Below, in pieces: positions 34,840 to 45,562 of a stretch of DNA of 64,000 nucleotides. Origin of the DNA: a virus. How positions within the stretch are numbered: the stretch's first letter is position 1; each line of letters starts with the position of its first letter. The translations under genes were made by a program, and so were the position numbers. The stretch lies in the IMG/VR virus record IMGVR_UViG_3300033149_001257, positions 1 to 64,000 of that record; one strand, 5' to 3'. The notes beneath the pieces were generated by a model. It had not been told where the DNA came from and searched no databases. It saw only the letters and a program-made list of their open reading frames with translations.

Positions 34840-35751
34840 ATGAACAAGCTAATCGGGATATTCAAAAGATTCTTTATTGCGCAAAGGGGAAATTCTGTAT
34901 CCTCAGTTAAGGGGTATGTATCAGTAATTAGGGATTTTGGAACTTTCGTTTCCAAAAAAGGCATTAATGTGGAATCGGCTACTCCAGAAACGGTTATGGA
35001 GTACGTTTCGGTGGTTAAGAAACGCTGCAAACCCCAGACTGCTGCGGGATATGTTACCAAATTAAAGACGTTTTATCAGATATTGGTACAGAAGGGGCTT
35101 GTAAAGGCCTCTCCTGTAGGGGAAATACACATAAAGTGGCATCAGGAGCCACGTGATATACTGTCCGATAATGAGGTTGAGGGTATTCTGGGTCAGGCAA
35201 GGGTGAATTATGGCAGTAAAGGCTCATTGTACGCCAATAAACAGGGGTTCTGTAAGTGTTCCAAGGAAGTCCGGGCGCTCAGGGATTACCTTATATTGTC
35301 ACTTCTGTCTGAAACCGGTGTCAGAATAGCCGAGTTACTTAATATTAAGCCAATGGACATTGATTTTGAGGCAAAGAGGATAAGGATACTGGGTAAGGGT
35401 AATAAGGTAAGGATACAGCCCATCACAGCCCAAACTGGTGCCCTCATGGGAACCTTTTTAGCCCAAAGTGGTTCCGTAATAAATAGGGATGCCCCGGTAT
35501 TTGATATCACGCGACCGGGTGTTGATAATATAATAAAATTCTTCTGCGGACTTGCGGATGTATCAAAAAGCATATCCCCCCACTCGTTTCGTCACTATTT
35601 CATTACCGCCTGCCACCGCAGGGGGCTTGACCTCATAAGCCTACAAAGACTGGCGGGCCACGCGAACCTTAATACGACTTCCAGGTATACGCATATAAGC
35701 ATAGATGACCTGCAGGAAAAATACGAGAGTGTCCAAGGAGGTACTTGTTAA
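34840..35751 (+). CDS. XerC/XerD-like tyrosine recombinase
   Basis: N-terminal SAM-like domain; TGVRIAE, GKGNKVR, HSFRH, LAGH, RYTH catalytic set. Confidence 0.93.
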   Translation: MNKLIGIFKRFFIAQRGNSVSSVKGYVSVIRDFGTFVSKKGINVESATPETVMEYVSVVKKRCKPQTAAGYVTKLKTFYQILVQKGLVKASPVGEIHIKWHQEPRDILSDNEVEGILGQARVNYGSKGSLYANKQGFCKCSKEVRALRDYLILSLLSETGVRIAELLNIKPMDIDFEAKRIRILGKGNKVRIQPITAQTGALMGTFLAQSGSVINRDAPVFDITRPGVDNIIKFFCGLADVSKSISPHSFRHYFITACHRRGLDLISLQRLAGHANLNTTSRYTHISIDDLQEKYESVQGGTC

Positions 35752-35945
35752 TGAAAAAAACAGCTACGTATTATCTGAGCCAACCAATGATAGGGAAACC
35801 GTGGTTTTTTACCAGATGCCCCGGATGTGATTCTCGTATCGCATGGCCTGATGAAAAAAAGAATAGCACAAAATGCACTAAGTGTGGGGAAAGTTTCAAT
35901 CTTAAATTTGTGGGTGAGAAAAAAAGGAGGTACGATGAAAAATAA
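35745..35945 (+). CDS. zinc-ribbon protein
   Basis: CPGC...CTKC. Confidence 0.6.
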   Translation: MLMKKTATYYLSQPMIGKPWFFTRCPGCDSRIAWPDEKKNSTKCTKCGESFNLKFVGEKKRRYDEK

Positions 35946-36198
35946 AGTGGAGATTGTTGTAGGAGATATATGGATAAGAAAATCCGGGGGCGGGGAAGCA
36001 AAAGCAGAAGTGATTGACATAAGAGATGGTTGTGTGTTTATTTATAATCGTGATAAGATAACCCCCCTAAAAGAGGAAGTGTTTTTAGATAAGTTTAGAA
36101 AAGAAGTATGGAATATTATAAGTGATGGCTCAAACAAGAAACCTAAAAAGCAGATAAAAAAGATTGAGGATATTATAGTAATGGACGGGGTGGATTAA
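35935..36198 (+). CDS. hypothetical protein
   Basis: AGGAGG RBS before MKNKV. Confidence 0.65.
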   Translation: MKNKVEIVVGDIWIRKSGGGEAKAEVIDIRDGCVFIYNRDKITPLKEEVFLDKFRKEVWNIISDGSNKKPKKQIKKIEDIIVMDGVD

Positions 36199-36741
36199 AT
36201 GAAAATTAATCACGGGTTGGGAAAACTAAAAAATAAAATAATTGTATGGTGGTGGTGGATATGTGGTAAGCGATGCCATAATTGTTATCACATAAAAATG
36301 CAACCATTTGGGGTTAAAAGTGGGTATATTAAATGTTGGATGTGGAAAATTGAATATAGAAAAAATCATACATGTTGGCAATATACTAAAAAGGAGGAAA
36401 TGGTTGTTACGACAATGGAAGCGATGGTCGAGTTTTCTAAAAAACTAAGAGAACTTATTAATTTAATAATGGAGGAATCTGGCATGGATAAATTTCTAAA
36501 AAAACTTAATAATCTTGTTGAAGAGTGCAGTTCGTTTGAATTGGAGTGGTGGCATTTTACATTTAGTTATTTCGCTATTTATAAATACGGGTTCCATATT
36601 GGTATTTGTTTATATCCAGATTGTGAGCATGGTGTTGAACCTATGGTTACCAGGGGGGCATGTCTTTCAATTTTCCTACTTGTTTTCACGTTTAGGATAT
36701 ACCAGAGAAGGGATGTGCACAAAGTAAGAGAGGAGAATTAA
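36199..36741 (+). CDS. hypothetical protein
   Basis: 180-aa ORF. Confidence 0.6.
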   Translation: MKINHGLGKLKNKIIVWWWWICGKRCHNCYHIKMQPFGVKSGYIKCWMWKIEYRKNHTCWQYTKKEEMVVTTMEAMVEFSKKLRELINLIMEESGMDKFLKKLNNLVEECSSFELEWWHFTFSYFAIYKYGFHIGICLYPDCEHGVEPMVTRGACLSIFLLVFTFRIYQRRDVHKVREEN

Positions 36742-37269
36742 ATGGAATTAATGTCTTGCCCTAAATGTAAGTGCGACTGGTTTGAAGAAAGAGAGATAGC
36801 GCGATTTGATAAAAAGGCTGTTAATTTTCATACCGAGACAATGGCCGAAGAAAAAAAGATTTTGTATGCTTGCGTGGAATGTGGACATACAATAGCATCC
36901 CCAGAAAAGCAGGTGTTTAGAGATGTGAAAGTTATCGTGTTTGCCCGGGAGAGTGGTAAGATAAATTATATTAAATCAATCGCTCTCCCCTATTCCGAGA
37001 AAAAAGAAAAAACACACGTGGTGTTTAAGCATCTAAAAACTATGAACAATTTTTCTCAAAGCATTGGTTTTAAAAAAATAAATGTTTTGCTTTGGGTGGG
37101 ACATGAATCCATGGAGGGAATGGACGTGGAGTACGAATATTGTGGACTTCCTGACACCAAAACAATCCTACTGACCAATAAAGAATACTCTGCTGTGAAT
37201 GAGAGAATAAAACAGGATTATCCTGATGATAAGTATAATGTGGAAATCGTGGACAGGACTGAGGATTAA
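36742..37269 (+). CDS. zinc-ribbon-containing hypothetical protein
   Basis: CPKC...CVEC; last gene of the + arm. Confidence 0.7.
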   Translation: MELMSCPKCKCDWFEEREIARFDKKAVNFHTETMAEEKKILYACVECGHTIASPEKQVFRDVKVIVFARESGKINYIKSIALPYSEKKEKTHVVFKHLKTMNNFSQSIGFKKINVLLWVGHESMEGMDVEYEYCGLPDTKTILLTNKEYSAVNERIKQDYPDDKYNVEIVDRTED

Positions 37270-38045
37270 TTCTTTTCTTTTTTAGCCTTTTCGTTGGAAT
37301 TTATTATGGCATCGAAGAAATCTGACTTGAATAATAATTTTAATGTTTCGGCATTCTCCATTTGGCAGTGCCCCCCAATTATCCCCGGAAATAGTAACGG
37401 CCGTAGATACTGGTCAAGTCCGAGCTTTTTATAGCCCTTATTGTAGAGCCGGGTCACTTCTCTTACCGTAATGTTGTAGTCTGCCCCTATTTCCTTACAG
37501 AATCGCTCCATTTCTTGATTAAATGCCACCATGAGGGCATATTGGGTGGTTGATAGTATTTTGCCAAGGGCGACCGTTCTGGTGCCCTTTACGGGCAATA
37601 CCTTAAAGCACTGGCGTAGGTATCCAATACCCATTTCCTTGGCCTTAATTGTATCATATCCCATCATCTGGTCGCAGGCTCTCACGCTATCCGGTATGGC
37701 AAGTTCCAGGATAAATAAGGGGCAGTGTACTATATTTACCACTCCCCCTACTATTTTCTGGATATTCTCGCAAGCCATGGGACCAATGGAGCTCCATATC
37801 ACTACCAATTTGGGCTTATATTGCTTGATATACTCTGCCACGCTATGAATGAACTCTTTATTGTAAATATAGCATATATGTAATACTTCAAAATCGGGCT
37901 TATGATAATACGTACTTTCGTTCCCATTATAGGAATATTCCATATTCTCTATATCTCTCCAGTATGTATCATTCGGGTACCCCTGTCTTAATATTTCGCC
38001 TATCCTTTTACCTTCTTCGCCGTGTCCGATAATCAATCCTCTCAT
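37266..38045 (-). CDS. UDP-glucose/GDP-mannose dehydrogenase-family protein (short form)
   Basis: IIGHGEEG Rossmann motif, GKIL, catalytic GGHC; start coupled by ATGA. Confidence 0.8.
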   Translation of the reverse strand: MRGLIIGHGEEGKRIGEILRQGYPNDTYWRDIENMEYSYNGNESTYYHKPDFEVLHICYIYNKEFIHSVAEYIKQYKPKLVVIWSSIGPMACENIQKIVGGVVNIVHCPLFILELAIPDSVRACDQMMGYDTIKAKEMGIGYLRQCFKVLPVKGTRTVALGKILSTTQYALMVAFNQEMERFCKEIGADYNITVREVTRLYNKGYKKLGLDQYLRPLLFPGIIGGHCQMENAETLKLLFKSDFFDAIINSNEKAKKEKN

Positions 38046-39010
38046 TTTGAAATCCTTTCGCGCCAATAATTTAATATATCTTTTAGTGTATCGTCTATTG
38101 AGTATCTGCGTTCCCATCCTGTTTTCTTTACAAAGGCACTGTTATCTCCCCATAAAATAGGCACATCAGACGGCCTCATGCGCGCGGGGTCCTCTTTTAC
38201 TTGTATCTCACCCTTAACCGTAGACATTCCAATAAGTTTTCCCAATAAACTCTCCATGGTATGGGTTTCACCTGAGCATATATTATAGACCGCGCCGGCC
38301 TCGCAGTGCTCAGTGGCCAACCAATATGCACGAACCATGTCCCTCACATCCGTAAAATCTCTTTTTGCTGTAAGATTTCCCACGTTAATTACCGGTTGCC
38401 TAACACCTACCTCTATTTCGGCTATTTGTTTGGCAAAATTTGATAGCACAAAGACATCTCCCCTGCGGGGCCCGGAGTGATTGAATGCCCGGGTACGCTT
38501 GATATTCATGTTGTAACTCATGGCATATTGATACCCCATCATATCTTGAGCCACCTTACTTACTCCATATGGAGAGAGCGGCCGTAATGGATTAGTTTCC
38601 TTAATCGGACACTCGTTTTCATATACCATTCCGTACTCCTCCGACGAACAACATATCTGAATAATGCTGTCAAGTTTAAGCGCTCTCGTTGCCTCAAATA
38701 TATTCATTTGTCCGATGGTATTTACTTTCATTGTTTCTGCAGGGGCCGTCCATGATGCCGGGACATAAGATTGCGCGGCCATGTGAAATATTTTATCTGG
38801 CCGGACCTCTTTGAGCACATTATATACTGCGGTATAGTCCTGGATATCACACTCAAAAAACTTAACCTTATCCGTTAAGTGTTTTACGTTATCCATTTTA
38901 CTGCGCCAGCGCTTAATACCAAATACTTCGTAGTCTTTGTGTTCGCTAAGAATATAATCTGCCATGTGGCTGCCAACAAAGCCTGTAATTCCCGTAATCA
39001 ATACTTTCAT
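38042..39010 (-). CDS. gmd: GDP-mannose 4,6-dehydratase / GDP-6-deoxy-sugar SDR enzyme
   Basis: MKVLITGITGFVGSH, HMAAQSYV, SSEEYG, PLSPYGVSK, FNHSGPRRG, RDFTDVRD. Confidence 0.85.
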   Translation of the reverse strand: MKVLITGITGFVGSHMADYILSEHKDYEVFGIKRWRSKMDNVKHLTDKVKFFECDIQDYTAVYNVLKEVRPDKIFHMAAQSYVPASWTAPAETMKVNTIGQMNIFEATRALKLDSIIQICCSSEEYGMVYENECPIKETNPLRPLSPYGVSKVAQDMMGYQYAMSYNMNIKRTRAFNHSGPRRGDVFVLSNFAKQIAEIEVGVRQPVINVGNLTAKRDFTDVRDMVRAYWLATEHCEAGAVYNICSGETHTMESLLGKLIGMSTVKGEIQVKEDPARMRPSDVPILWGDNSAFVKKTGWERRYSIDDTLKDILNYWRERISK

Positions 39011-39546
39011 TTCTTTTTCTCCTCTTTTTTGAATTTCTCGGTTGCCCCAAATAAATAAGGATAGTTTTTTAGCGCTATCCATTTCTGGGTATACCTTTTA
39101 GCCATTGACCTTTTTGATGCCTGTTCTCCCTCTGATAATTCTACCGTATAGTTTGTATCGGTAATTCCAAATCCAAAACAGTATCTAACCGAATACAAAT
39201 CTTCCATAATCTTATATACCTGCCTGTGTTGATAGTGTCCGTATTCTCCATTCGCGTTATGGGTGAATATCATATCCCAGAAACCGTTACCGCCCGATAT
39301 GTTTAATATGTCTTGAGCTACTTTATTATTATCCCAGCCCACGTTAAGGCCCTGCTTAAATCCCAGGATATATCCATCGGCATTTAATCTTTCGCAATTA
39401 TCCATAAATTGGGGATCCCTGCCATGTGTATCATCGGTAGTTACACAGATGATTGTCCAATTAAAATCCATGAACTTATTGAGTGTGCCGCCCATCCATA
39501 ATGTTTCGTCGTCGGTGTGGGCAATTACTACCAATCCGTTTTTCAT
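39007..39546 (-). CDS. PIG-L/LmbE-family deacetylase
   Basis: AHTDDE and GEYGHYQH metal motifs. Confidence 0.85.
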   Translation of the reverse strand: MKNGLVVIAHTDDETLWMGGTLNKFMDFNWTIICVTTDDTHGRDPQFMDNCERLNADGYILGFKQGLNVGWDNNKVAQDILNISGGNGFWDMIFTHNANGEYGHYQHRQVYKIMEDLYSVRYCFGFGITDTNYTVELSEGEQASKRSMAKRYTQKWIALKNYPYLFGATEKFKKEEKKK

Positions 39547-40148
39547 GTTTTCCTCCTCATGCTCAATATTCTGGTATTGAACTTATCAAATTCTTCCTGT
39601 TGATATGGTTCAAGTATCTCGTTTAATTTGGGGTCAAAATCCTCTTTCTTAAACTCCGTTCCCCAGTCATGCGACATGATTAAATCCCCGGGTTTAAGTA
39701 TGTTGGCATAGAGTGGGAACTCCTCTACCTTACGGCCGTTATCGCAGAAGATGAGCGCCCTTTCATCACTTATAAAACTTTCCACATTCTCAACAGTAGC
39801 TTCACTGAAAACATCTGCCTGTATGAAATCTATATTAAGTCTTGTGAATATCTCGCGCAGGTTTCTGTCTTTATCTAAATCCGGCATTTTTTTATGGAAG
39901 TCAAATATATCCTTAGTGTCTATGGTTAGCACCCTACCCTTTTCCCCTTTCCACGTTTTACCTTTAGTCATCATGTGTAATCCAAAAAGTAATGTTAGTC
40001 CACCCCTGTCAGTACCAAGTTCCACCACTCTATTAATATCTGTTTCGGTACTTAATATATGGCTCAGTATACAAAAAGCACCCCAATTCTGGAATGCCGT
40101 ATATCCCGCAAACTCAAATCCTATTTTATCCAAATCGTAGTTAATCAT
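39543..40148 (-). CDS. class I SAM methyltransferase (CmcI/Methyltransf_24-like)
   Basis: VVELGTDRGG, TID, IFCD, LKPGD...HD. Confidence 0.75.
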   Translation of the reverse strand: MINYDLDKIGFEFAGYTAFQNWGAFCILSHILSTETDINRVVELGTDRGGLTLLFGLHMMTKGKTWKGEKGRVLTIDTKDIFDFHKKMPDLDKDRNLREIFTRLNIDFIQADVFSEATVENVESFISDERALIFCDNGRKVEEFPLYANILKPGDLIMSHDWGTEFKKEDFDPKLNEILEPYQQEEFDKFNTRILSMRRKT

Positions 40149-41326
40149 TTTGTGAGCTCTCCCTTGAATGTTTTATAGGAATCGCCGTTTACCGGATCAG
40201 TTGTATATAATGAACAAAACTGCGTATTAAATCCACGGCAACTGAGCCATACTTCTAATACTTCCTGCGGTATTACATATGGATGTCCTATATTAAGTTG
40301 CTCTGATATTCTCAGGTGGACCAGTAGATATAGCTTACCTCCGGGTTTGAGTACCCTGTGCATTTCTTTGATGGCACGCTCTGGATTGTTTGTGTGGTCT
40401 AATACGTTCGTGCAGAACACTATATCAAAAGAGTTGTCATTTGCTGGTATGTTTTCCGCGGCACCACTTTTCAATAAAATATTATCTGCTTTTATTATCC
40501 TCTTGTATTCTTCTGCCAACGTGTCTACCCCCACGAGCATCTTGGCATCTTTTATCTTTGAGCATAATCCACCAAGTGGGCCGCACCCCACGTCAAGTAT
40601 TGCCATACCTTTTGTTTTGGGCTTAAATAAATCAAGGTATTTCTGATATATCTCCGTACCTTTTCTTATCCCCGTGAGTTTCCAGTACTTCATTTCATAG
40701 GCCTTGTTATCTGCATTGTCCATCTTCTTAAAATATCCTATATTCTTGGGGTGACATTTAGTGCTTATCTTTGTAAGCATCATGGAATGTGTCATGGCAA
40801 ACTCTATCATGTCAGATATTGATTTTCTATTATAATACGGATATGTTTTCTCGGGATTCCATCCGGGGTCAACCACGTCAAGTATGAGATGCCCCCCCAC
40901 GTTAAGTCTTTCGGAACAATGATTAAAAAGCCAATCCTGTTTTATTTCCTTGAAATATGTAAACCCCATGGGTATGATTACATCGAAGTCCCCCATCTGT
41001 TCCGGTATCCCATCATTCACATCTCCATTAAATAGTACTGCCGGACACTTGAAATGGTGCACCATGTCGACTGCGCCCATGTACGTTGCCTGGTCTTTTT
41101 CAATACCATGTAGATTAGTGAATCCCCAATCTGCGAGCTGAATTAAATTATGTCCTATTCCACATCCGAGTTCCAATATCTTTGCATCTTTCGGTACGTT
41201 CCTATTTATCCAGTTAAGTATCTCGCGCTGATAATCCCCATGCTTCGGTAAATGATTAAACCACTTCTGTAGTCTATACTTATCTACCACATAATTAGTA
41301 TGCGCCATGAATTCTTTACTATCCAT
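40145..41326 (-). CDS. tandem two-domain SAM methyltransferase
   Basis: ILELGCGIG and ILDVGCGPLG; RVLKPGG. Confidence 0.85.
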   Translation of the reverse strand: MDSKEFMAHTNYVVDKYRLQKWFNHLPKHGDYQREILNWINRNVPKDAKILELGCGIGHNLIQLADWGFTNLHGIEKDQATYMGAVDMVHHFKCPAVLFNGDVNDGIPEQMGDFDVIIPMGFTYFKEIKQDWLFNHCSERLNVGGHLILDVVDPGWNPEKTYPYYNRKSISDMIEFAMTHSMMLTKISTKCHPKNIGYFKKMDNADNKAYEMKYWKLTGIRKGTEIYQKYLDLFKPKTKGMAILDVGCGPLGGLCSKIKDAKMLVGVDTLAEEYKRIIKADNILLKSGAAENIPANDNSFDIVFCTNVLDHTNNPERAIKEMHRVLKPGGKLYLLVHLRISEQLNIGHPYVIPQEVLEVWLSCRGFNTQFCSLYTTDPVNGDSYKTFKGELTK

Positions 41327-42254
41327 TGAGCCCCTCCTGTATCAATCTATCCCACTGTCCTATCTTTGCCTCCCATGACCAATTTTTCTTAATGTTTTTC
41401 GCCATAAGATTCCCCATGGTTTTACATTTTTCTTTACTGAGCTTCTTGAATGCCGAAACAATTGATGGCACATCCCTGTTTATAAGAAATCCCGTGATAC
41501 CATCTTGTATAATGTCCTCAGCAGCGCCAACCTTCGTTGCTATGATTGGTATTCCACATGCGGCCGCCTCAAGTATCGTGAGTGAACACCCCTCGCTCTC
41601 GCTTGCATTTATGTAGCAATCCAGGGAATTGTAAAAATCCGGCATTAGTCCATGGTACACCGGCTCCCTATCAGCATCAAGCATCTTAAACTCTATGGTG
41701 CTATCACAAATACAAGCAGCTTCTGCTATTAAGTCAAGCCCCCGGAAGGCGGATTGTCGGCCGCGGCCAGACCAACCCAGTACTATCCGGGGGTTTTTAT
41801 TGTTTATGTTCATCGGGTTGAATACCATCGTATCAACCCCATTTTCTGTTAATACCAAATTATTTATATCGTTATGGAATCTTGAATATAATGTTCTATT
41901 TATTATGCCCGTGGCACAATATGTTCTGGCTATATATTTTGTTGCCGACGCTACACTTCGGCAATCATTGATTGTCCTTATACTGTGAATCACCCCAACA
42001 TGTTTATCTATTGGTATATTATCTATTGGTTTGAGTATTACGTTGTTTTTTGGGTCGGTATATTTCCACCCCATACTTAATACTAAATCATGGTTTTCGT
42101 GTTTAGTCTCACTTAATTGCGAAGGTGTTTTCTTGTCAAACTTATATTTATGTTTCAATAATCTTATAATGTTATTGGCTATCACGTCATATGCCCACCC
42201 TATCCTATCCACAACTATTAATACTCTCGGCCTACCATCCATTTTTCGCTCCAA
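41319..42254 (-). CDS. GT4 (GT-B) glycosyltransferase
   Basis: NGVD...F, SESEGCSLTILEAAACGIPIIATKVG. Confidence 0.9.
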   Translation of the reverse strand: MERKMDGRPRVLIVVDRIGWAYDVIANNIIRLLKHKYKFDKKTPSQLSETKHENHDLVLSMGWKYTDPKNNVILKPIDNIPIDKHVGVIHSIRTINDCRSVASATKYIARTYCATGIINRTLYSRFHNDINNLVLTENGVDTMVFNPMNINNKNPRIVLGWSGRGRQSAFRGLDLIAEAACICDSTIEFKMLDADREPVYHGLMPDFYNSLDCYINASESEGCSLTILEAAACGIPIIATKVGAAEDIIQDGITGFLINRDVPSIVSAFKKLSKEKCKTMGNLMAKNIKKNWSWEAKIGQWDRLIQEGLNG

Positions 42255-43122
42255 ACCTTAAATTGTAGTATGGGTGCTTTTTCATTATATCGGGATGTTC
42301 ACCCTTGAAATGTTTTATTTTCATATCTTTATAGAATTTATTTTTGTGGATACCCTTTCCAAACCATGTGGACATCCAGTTTGTCATGTCATGCCGGAGC
42401 CCTTTAGCCATTAATTCCTTACGCCTGGCCCTGTCTACTGTAAAAGGAGTATTCTTGTCATATATGTGTGAGTAATGATAATACATTGCCTGTGTGGGTT
42501 GTAGTATCCTGCACCATGCGTTATACTCATCCAGGGAACAGTTAATACATGAAGTATATGGACCGTGTGGGACCTGGCCGGGTGGATGACTATTAGCATA
42601 TTTCGGATTTTTATATAGTGCGTTCCGCAAACCATGGAGCCTGCTCCCGGGCAACTTCTTTATCATTATGGCACCACTGCTATCAGCATAGTGCCAGAAA
42701 TCTCCGAAGAACCTAATTGCGTATACTATGACGTGCCTTACCTCTGGTTCCCTCACTATCAAATCAAATATATATTTTAAATCCTTAGGTTTATAAATTT
42801 CATCCGCGTCGACGACGAAACAGTAATCACCGGAAGCTTCATCGTACATATATCTACGTTTCACACCTTCCTTTTTCCATTTACCATATTTCAGGTTTAT
42901 TTTTTTATCTGTACGAGCAAGTTTCTTTAAATATTGAAACGTACCGTCGTCAGAAACGCCATTGTCTCCGTGAGTAATAGCACCCTTAGAATTGAAAGCA
43001 TCAATAATCCCATCGCATACTAGTATCTCATCTACCCATGGATGTATGGCATCTATGGAATATTTTATATAATTTATCTCGTTGAATACAGACATTAATG
43101 CTGTTACGCGTGGCTTTTTCAA
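42232..43122 (-). CDS. GT2 (GT-A) glycosyltransferase
   Basis: MSVFNE, SDDGT, VDADE (DxD). Confidence 0.85.
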   Translation of the reverse strand: MKKPRVTALMSVFNEINYIKYSIDAIHPWVDEILVCDGIIDAFNSKGAITHGDNGVSDDGTFQYLKKLARTDKKINLKYGKWKKEGVKRRYMYDEASGDYCFVVDADEIYKPKDLKYIFDLIVREPEVRHVIVYAIRFFGDFWHYADSSGAIMIKKLPGSRLHGLRNALYKNPKYANSHPPGQVPHGPYTSCINCSLDEYNAWCRILQPTQAMYYHYSHIYDKNTPFTVDRARRKELMAKGLRHDMTNWMSTWFGKGIHKNKFYKDMKIKHFKGEHPDIMKKHPYYNLRFGAKNGW

Positions 43123-43703
43123 AACTTAATATTACCTTTCTTCTTTAAGAAGTAGCTGGTAAATATGGTGCCGCCAACAGGGGGTGGCCCAGCCTCAGCT
43201 TTTTCCATTTTGAAATTCGTTTTGTTGAACAATTGTTTCATCTGGTCGCTATAAAATAAACTGTAATGATAATCTTCGTTCTGCCATTGGCGCACGTCGG
43301 GGACCACGATTAAACAGAACCCACCATCTTTCAGTAGTCTATTGAATTCACATAAAACCACGTAGGGGGCCAAGGAATGCTCAAATGAGTCCTTGCTATT
43401 TATGGCATCGAACGACGAATCTCCAAACGGAATTTCGTGCATATCGCCGTATCTTATGGGATGGTCTTTACCATACCTGGCCTTACCAACGCTCACTTCT
43501 TTTTGGGTTATGGTTATCCCCTGAGCATCAATACCTTTACCGCGGAGCCAGTTTACGAGAAGGCCCGTACCGCACCCGACATCAAGTACCTTCTTATATT
43601 TAAGCATTTCCTTGCCATAAAATTTCATATTATCTTCTTGCTCGCTGGCAGCGAACGGCTCATTCGGGATTCTTAAATATTTCAACCATTTTTTGTGATC
43701 CAT
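43119..43703 (-). CDS. class I SAM methyltransferase
   Basis: VLDVGCGTG, GDMHEIPF..SFD, FEH; start MDHKK. Confidence 0.88.
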   Translation of the reverse strand: MDHKKWLKYLRIPNEPFAASEQEDNMKFYGKEMLKYKKVLDVGCGTGLLVNWLRGKGIDAQGITITQKEVSVGKARYGKDHPIRYGDMHEIPFGDSSFDAINSKDSFEHSLAPYVVLCEFNRLLKDGGFCLIVVPDVRQWQNEDYHYSLFYSDQMKQLFNKTNFKMEKAEAGPPPVGGTIFTSYFLKKKGNIKF

Positions 43704-43705
43704 TT

Positions 43706-44437
43706 TTAAGCTCCTTTTCCAGTAGAATCTGTTCCCCTTGGGAAACATGACGACGGGTGGCAGTGTACACCATGCGCGCCAATGTGGTCCACTAAACTGG
43801 GATTTTTCATATAAACCAGCGCGTGCTCAAATCCTCTTTTAAATAATCTTGTACGGTACGAACCGTCGTCGATATGTGGCGATGTCCATATCTTGGGAAA
43901 GTTCTTCGTGGGCTCCAATTCATCCCACCCACCGGCTTCCAACACATCCATGGACATTATCCAACCCAGTCCACCTATCCAGTTACTCCATGCGTACTTC
44001 TTGCCCTCAAACTCATACTTTGTACCAGTATGGACTTTCTCTCCACGATTAAAACCTGTCATTATAGATATGGGGCGCTTGCCGGTCCAGTTCTTTTTAA
44101 GTGTTTCGTAGGCCGAAATCATTTCGCCGAGCCAGCCCTTTACTACGGTACAGTCATTATCAAGCATTACTGCATATTTACATCCGGATTTGTAGGCATG
44201 ATACCTCTTTAGCGCAAATGAATGCTGCCGGCCGGTACGAGTTTTCTTGAGTATCAACTTAATTTTACCCTTACTCTCAAGGTCCTGTAAGTATGGAATG
44301 GTGCCATCCGTAGACATGTCATCCACTACGACAATTTTATACCCTACTACAGTATTGTCAAATATTGAATTCAGGGTACGCTTCGTATAATTTAGTCTGT
44401 TGTAAGTATGCACGCATATTACATTGTCATTTTTCAT
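43706..44437 (-). CDS. GT2 glycosyltransferase
   Basis: HTYNR, VVDDMSTDGT, LDND, GGWDE. Confidence 0.9.
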   Translation of the reverse strand: MKNDNVICVHTYNRLNYTKRTLNSIFDNTVVGYKIVVVDDMSTDGTIPYLQDLESKGKIKLILKKTRTGRQHSFALKRYHAYKSGCKYAVMLDNDCTVVKGWLGEMISAYETLKKNWTGKRPISIMTGFNRGEKVHTGTKYEFEGKKYAWSNWIGGLGWIMSMDVLEAGGWDELEPTKNFPKIWTSPHIDDGSYRTRLFKRGFEHALVYMKNPSLVDHIGAHGVHCHPSSCFPRGTDSTGKGA

Positions 44438-44464
44438 ACAATTTTTTGTATGGAAATATACAAT

Positions 44465-45562
44465 TTATTGTATACCCCAAACTCCTTTCAATCGGATTAA
44501 TTCGTCCTTTATGTTCTTTGTCAGATTGTACCGGTCATATACCGCCCTTTGTCCGGTGGCAGCTACTCTTTCGCGTAATGCGTCGTTTCTTGCGAATTGC
44601 AATATCTTATTTTCCATATCGTCAAGGCTGTCCCAGAACACTGCTTCACTACCGTGCTTAAATATATCGGGGCATCCCTTTTCCTTATATGTCAAGAGAA
44701 GGCTCTTGCATCCCATCATCTGGAACGTCTTTGCATCAAAATACTTATCCGCAGGAACCCCATCCCAGTTCCGGGTATTTACGCATATCTTAGTATTGGA
44801 ATATATCTTCCATATCTCATGCTCGTTTACCCAGGGTTGTAGATATTTTACGGTACGGCTGTCGTTATCTGATACACCCCACCTTGTTCCTGGATTACCA
44901 CCCCACAGTTTATAGGTTAATCCAGTTCTCTCTGCTATGTCCATGAGCCTTGTGTTGACCTCTGCGCGGTTAGGACTTCCTATGGCATCCCATGTACCGG
45001 CAAAACATATATCAGCCTTATAATAATCTCTTTCTTCCGGTGTCATTTTATCTTTATTCGTTTCGTTATGGTGGTTAGGATTACACCCCGGATAGAATAA
45101 TACGGATTCTTTTATCCCGAGTTTATCTCTATAATAATTCTGGCTACTCTCAGCGCATGTCCATACCACATCAAAATACTTGCATTTCTCTACAATATCA
45201 CATCTGTTATTAAATACCCAGCCGGGGTCATCGTATATCCAGAATATCACATGCTTGACCTTCTCTCTTATCTTTTTAATTGTTTCGGTAAATGTGAAAT
45301 CTGCCTTAAATATTATAATCACGTCCGGCTTGTATCGGTCAATGGTATCAAGCGTGTCCTTCTGCATCATGTCAATTGCTTTCAATCTGGCCTTCGTGGG
45401 GTCCATCTTGGTTTTCCTTACAATGGCATCTCGTATATTCTTAACCACTGTCCTGGGTGCATAATACAAATAATCAAATCCAGCAGCATTTACTCCCTCT
45501 TCTACGCTTTCCCAGAAGGGGCCACCTGTAAGACTAAACCCTATGTTCATTAATTTCATCAT
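44465..45562 (-). CDS. CgeB-like (Glyco_trans_1_2) glycosyltransferase
   Basis: YKPDV, WIYDDP, DICFAGT, SNTKICVN...KTFQMMGC. Confidence 0.85.
   Translation of the reverse strand: MMKLMNIGFSLTGGPFWESVEEGVNAAGFDYLYYAPRTVVKNIRDAIVRKTKMDPTKARLKAIDMMQKDTLDTIDRYKPDVIIIFKADFTFTETIKKIREKVKHVIFWIYDDPGWVFNNRCDIVEKCKYFDVVWTCAESSQNYYRDKLGIKESVLFYPGCNPNHHNETNKDKMTPEERDYYKADICFAGTWDAIGSPNRAEVNTRLMDIAERTGLTYKLWGGNPGTRWGVSDNDSRTVKYLQPWVNEHEIWKIYSNTKICVNTRNWDGVPADKYFDAKTFQMMGCKSLLLTYKEKGCPDIFKHGSEAVFWDSLDDMENKILQFARNDALRERVAATGQRAVYDRYNLTKNIKDELIRLKGVWGIQ

Noticed and set aside
37255-37290. Bidirectional terminator at the strand switch
   Set aside because: The two arms overlap at a shared TTAA, leaving no intergenic space, and I see no convincing hairpin.
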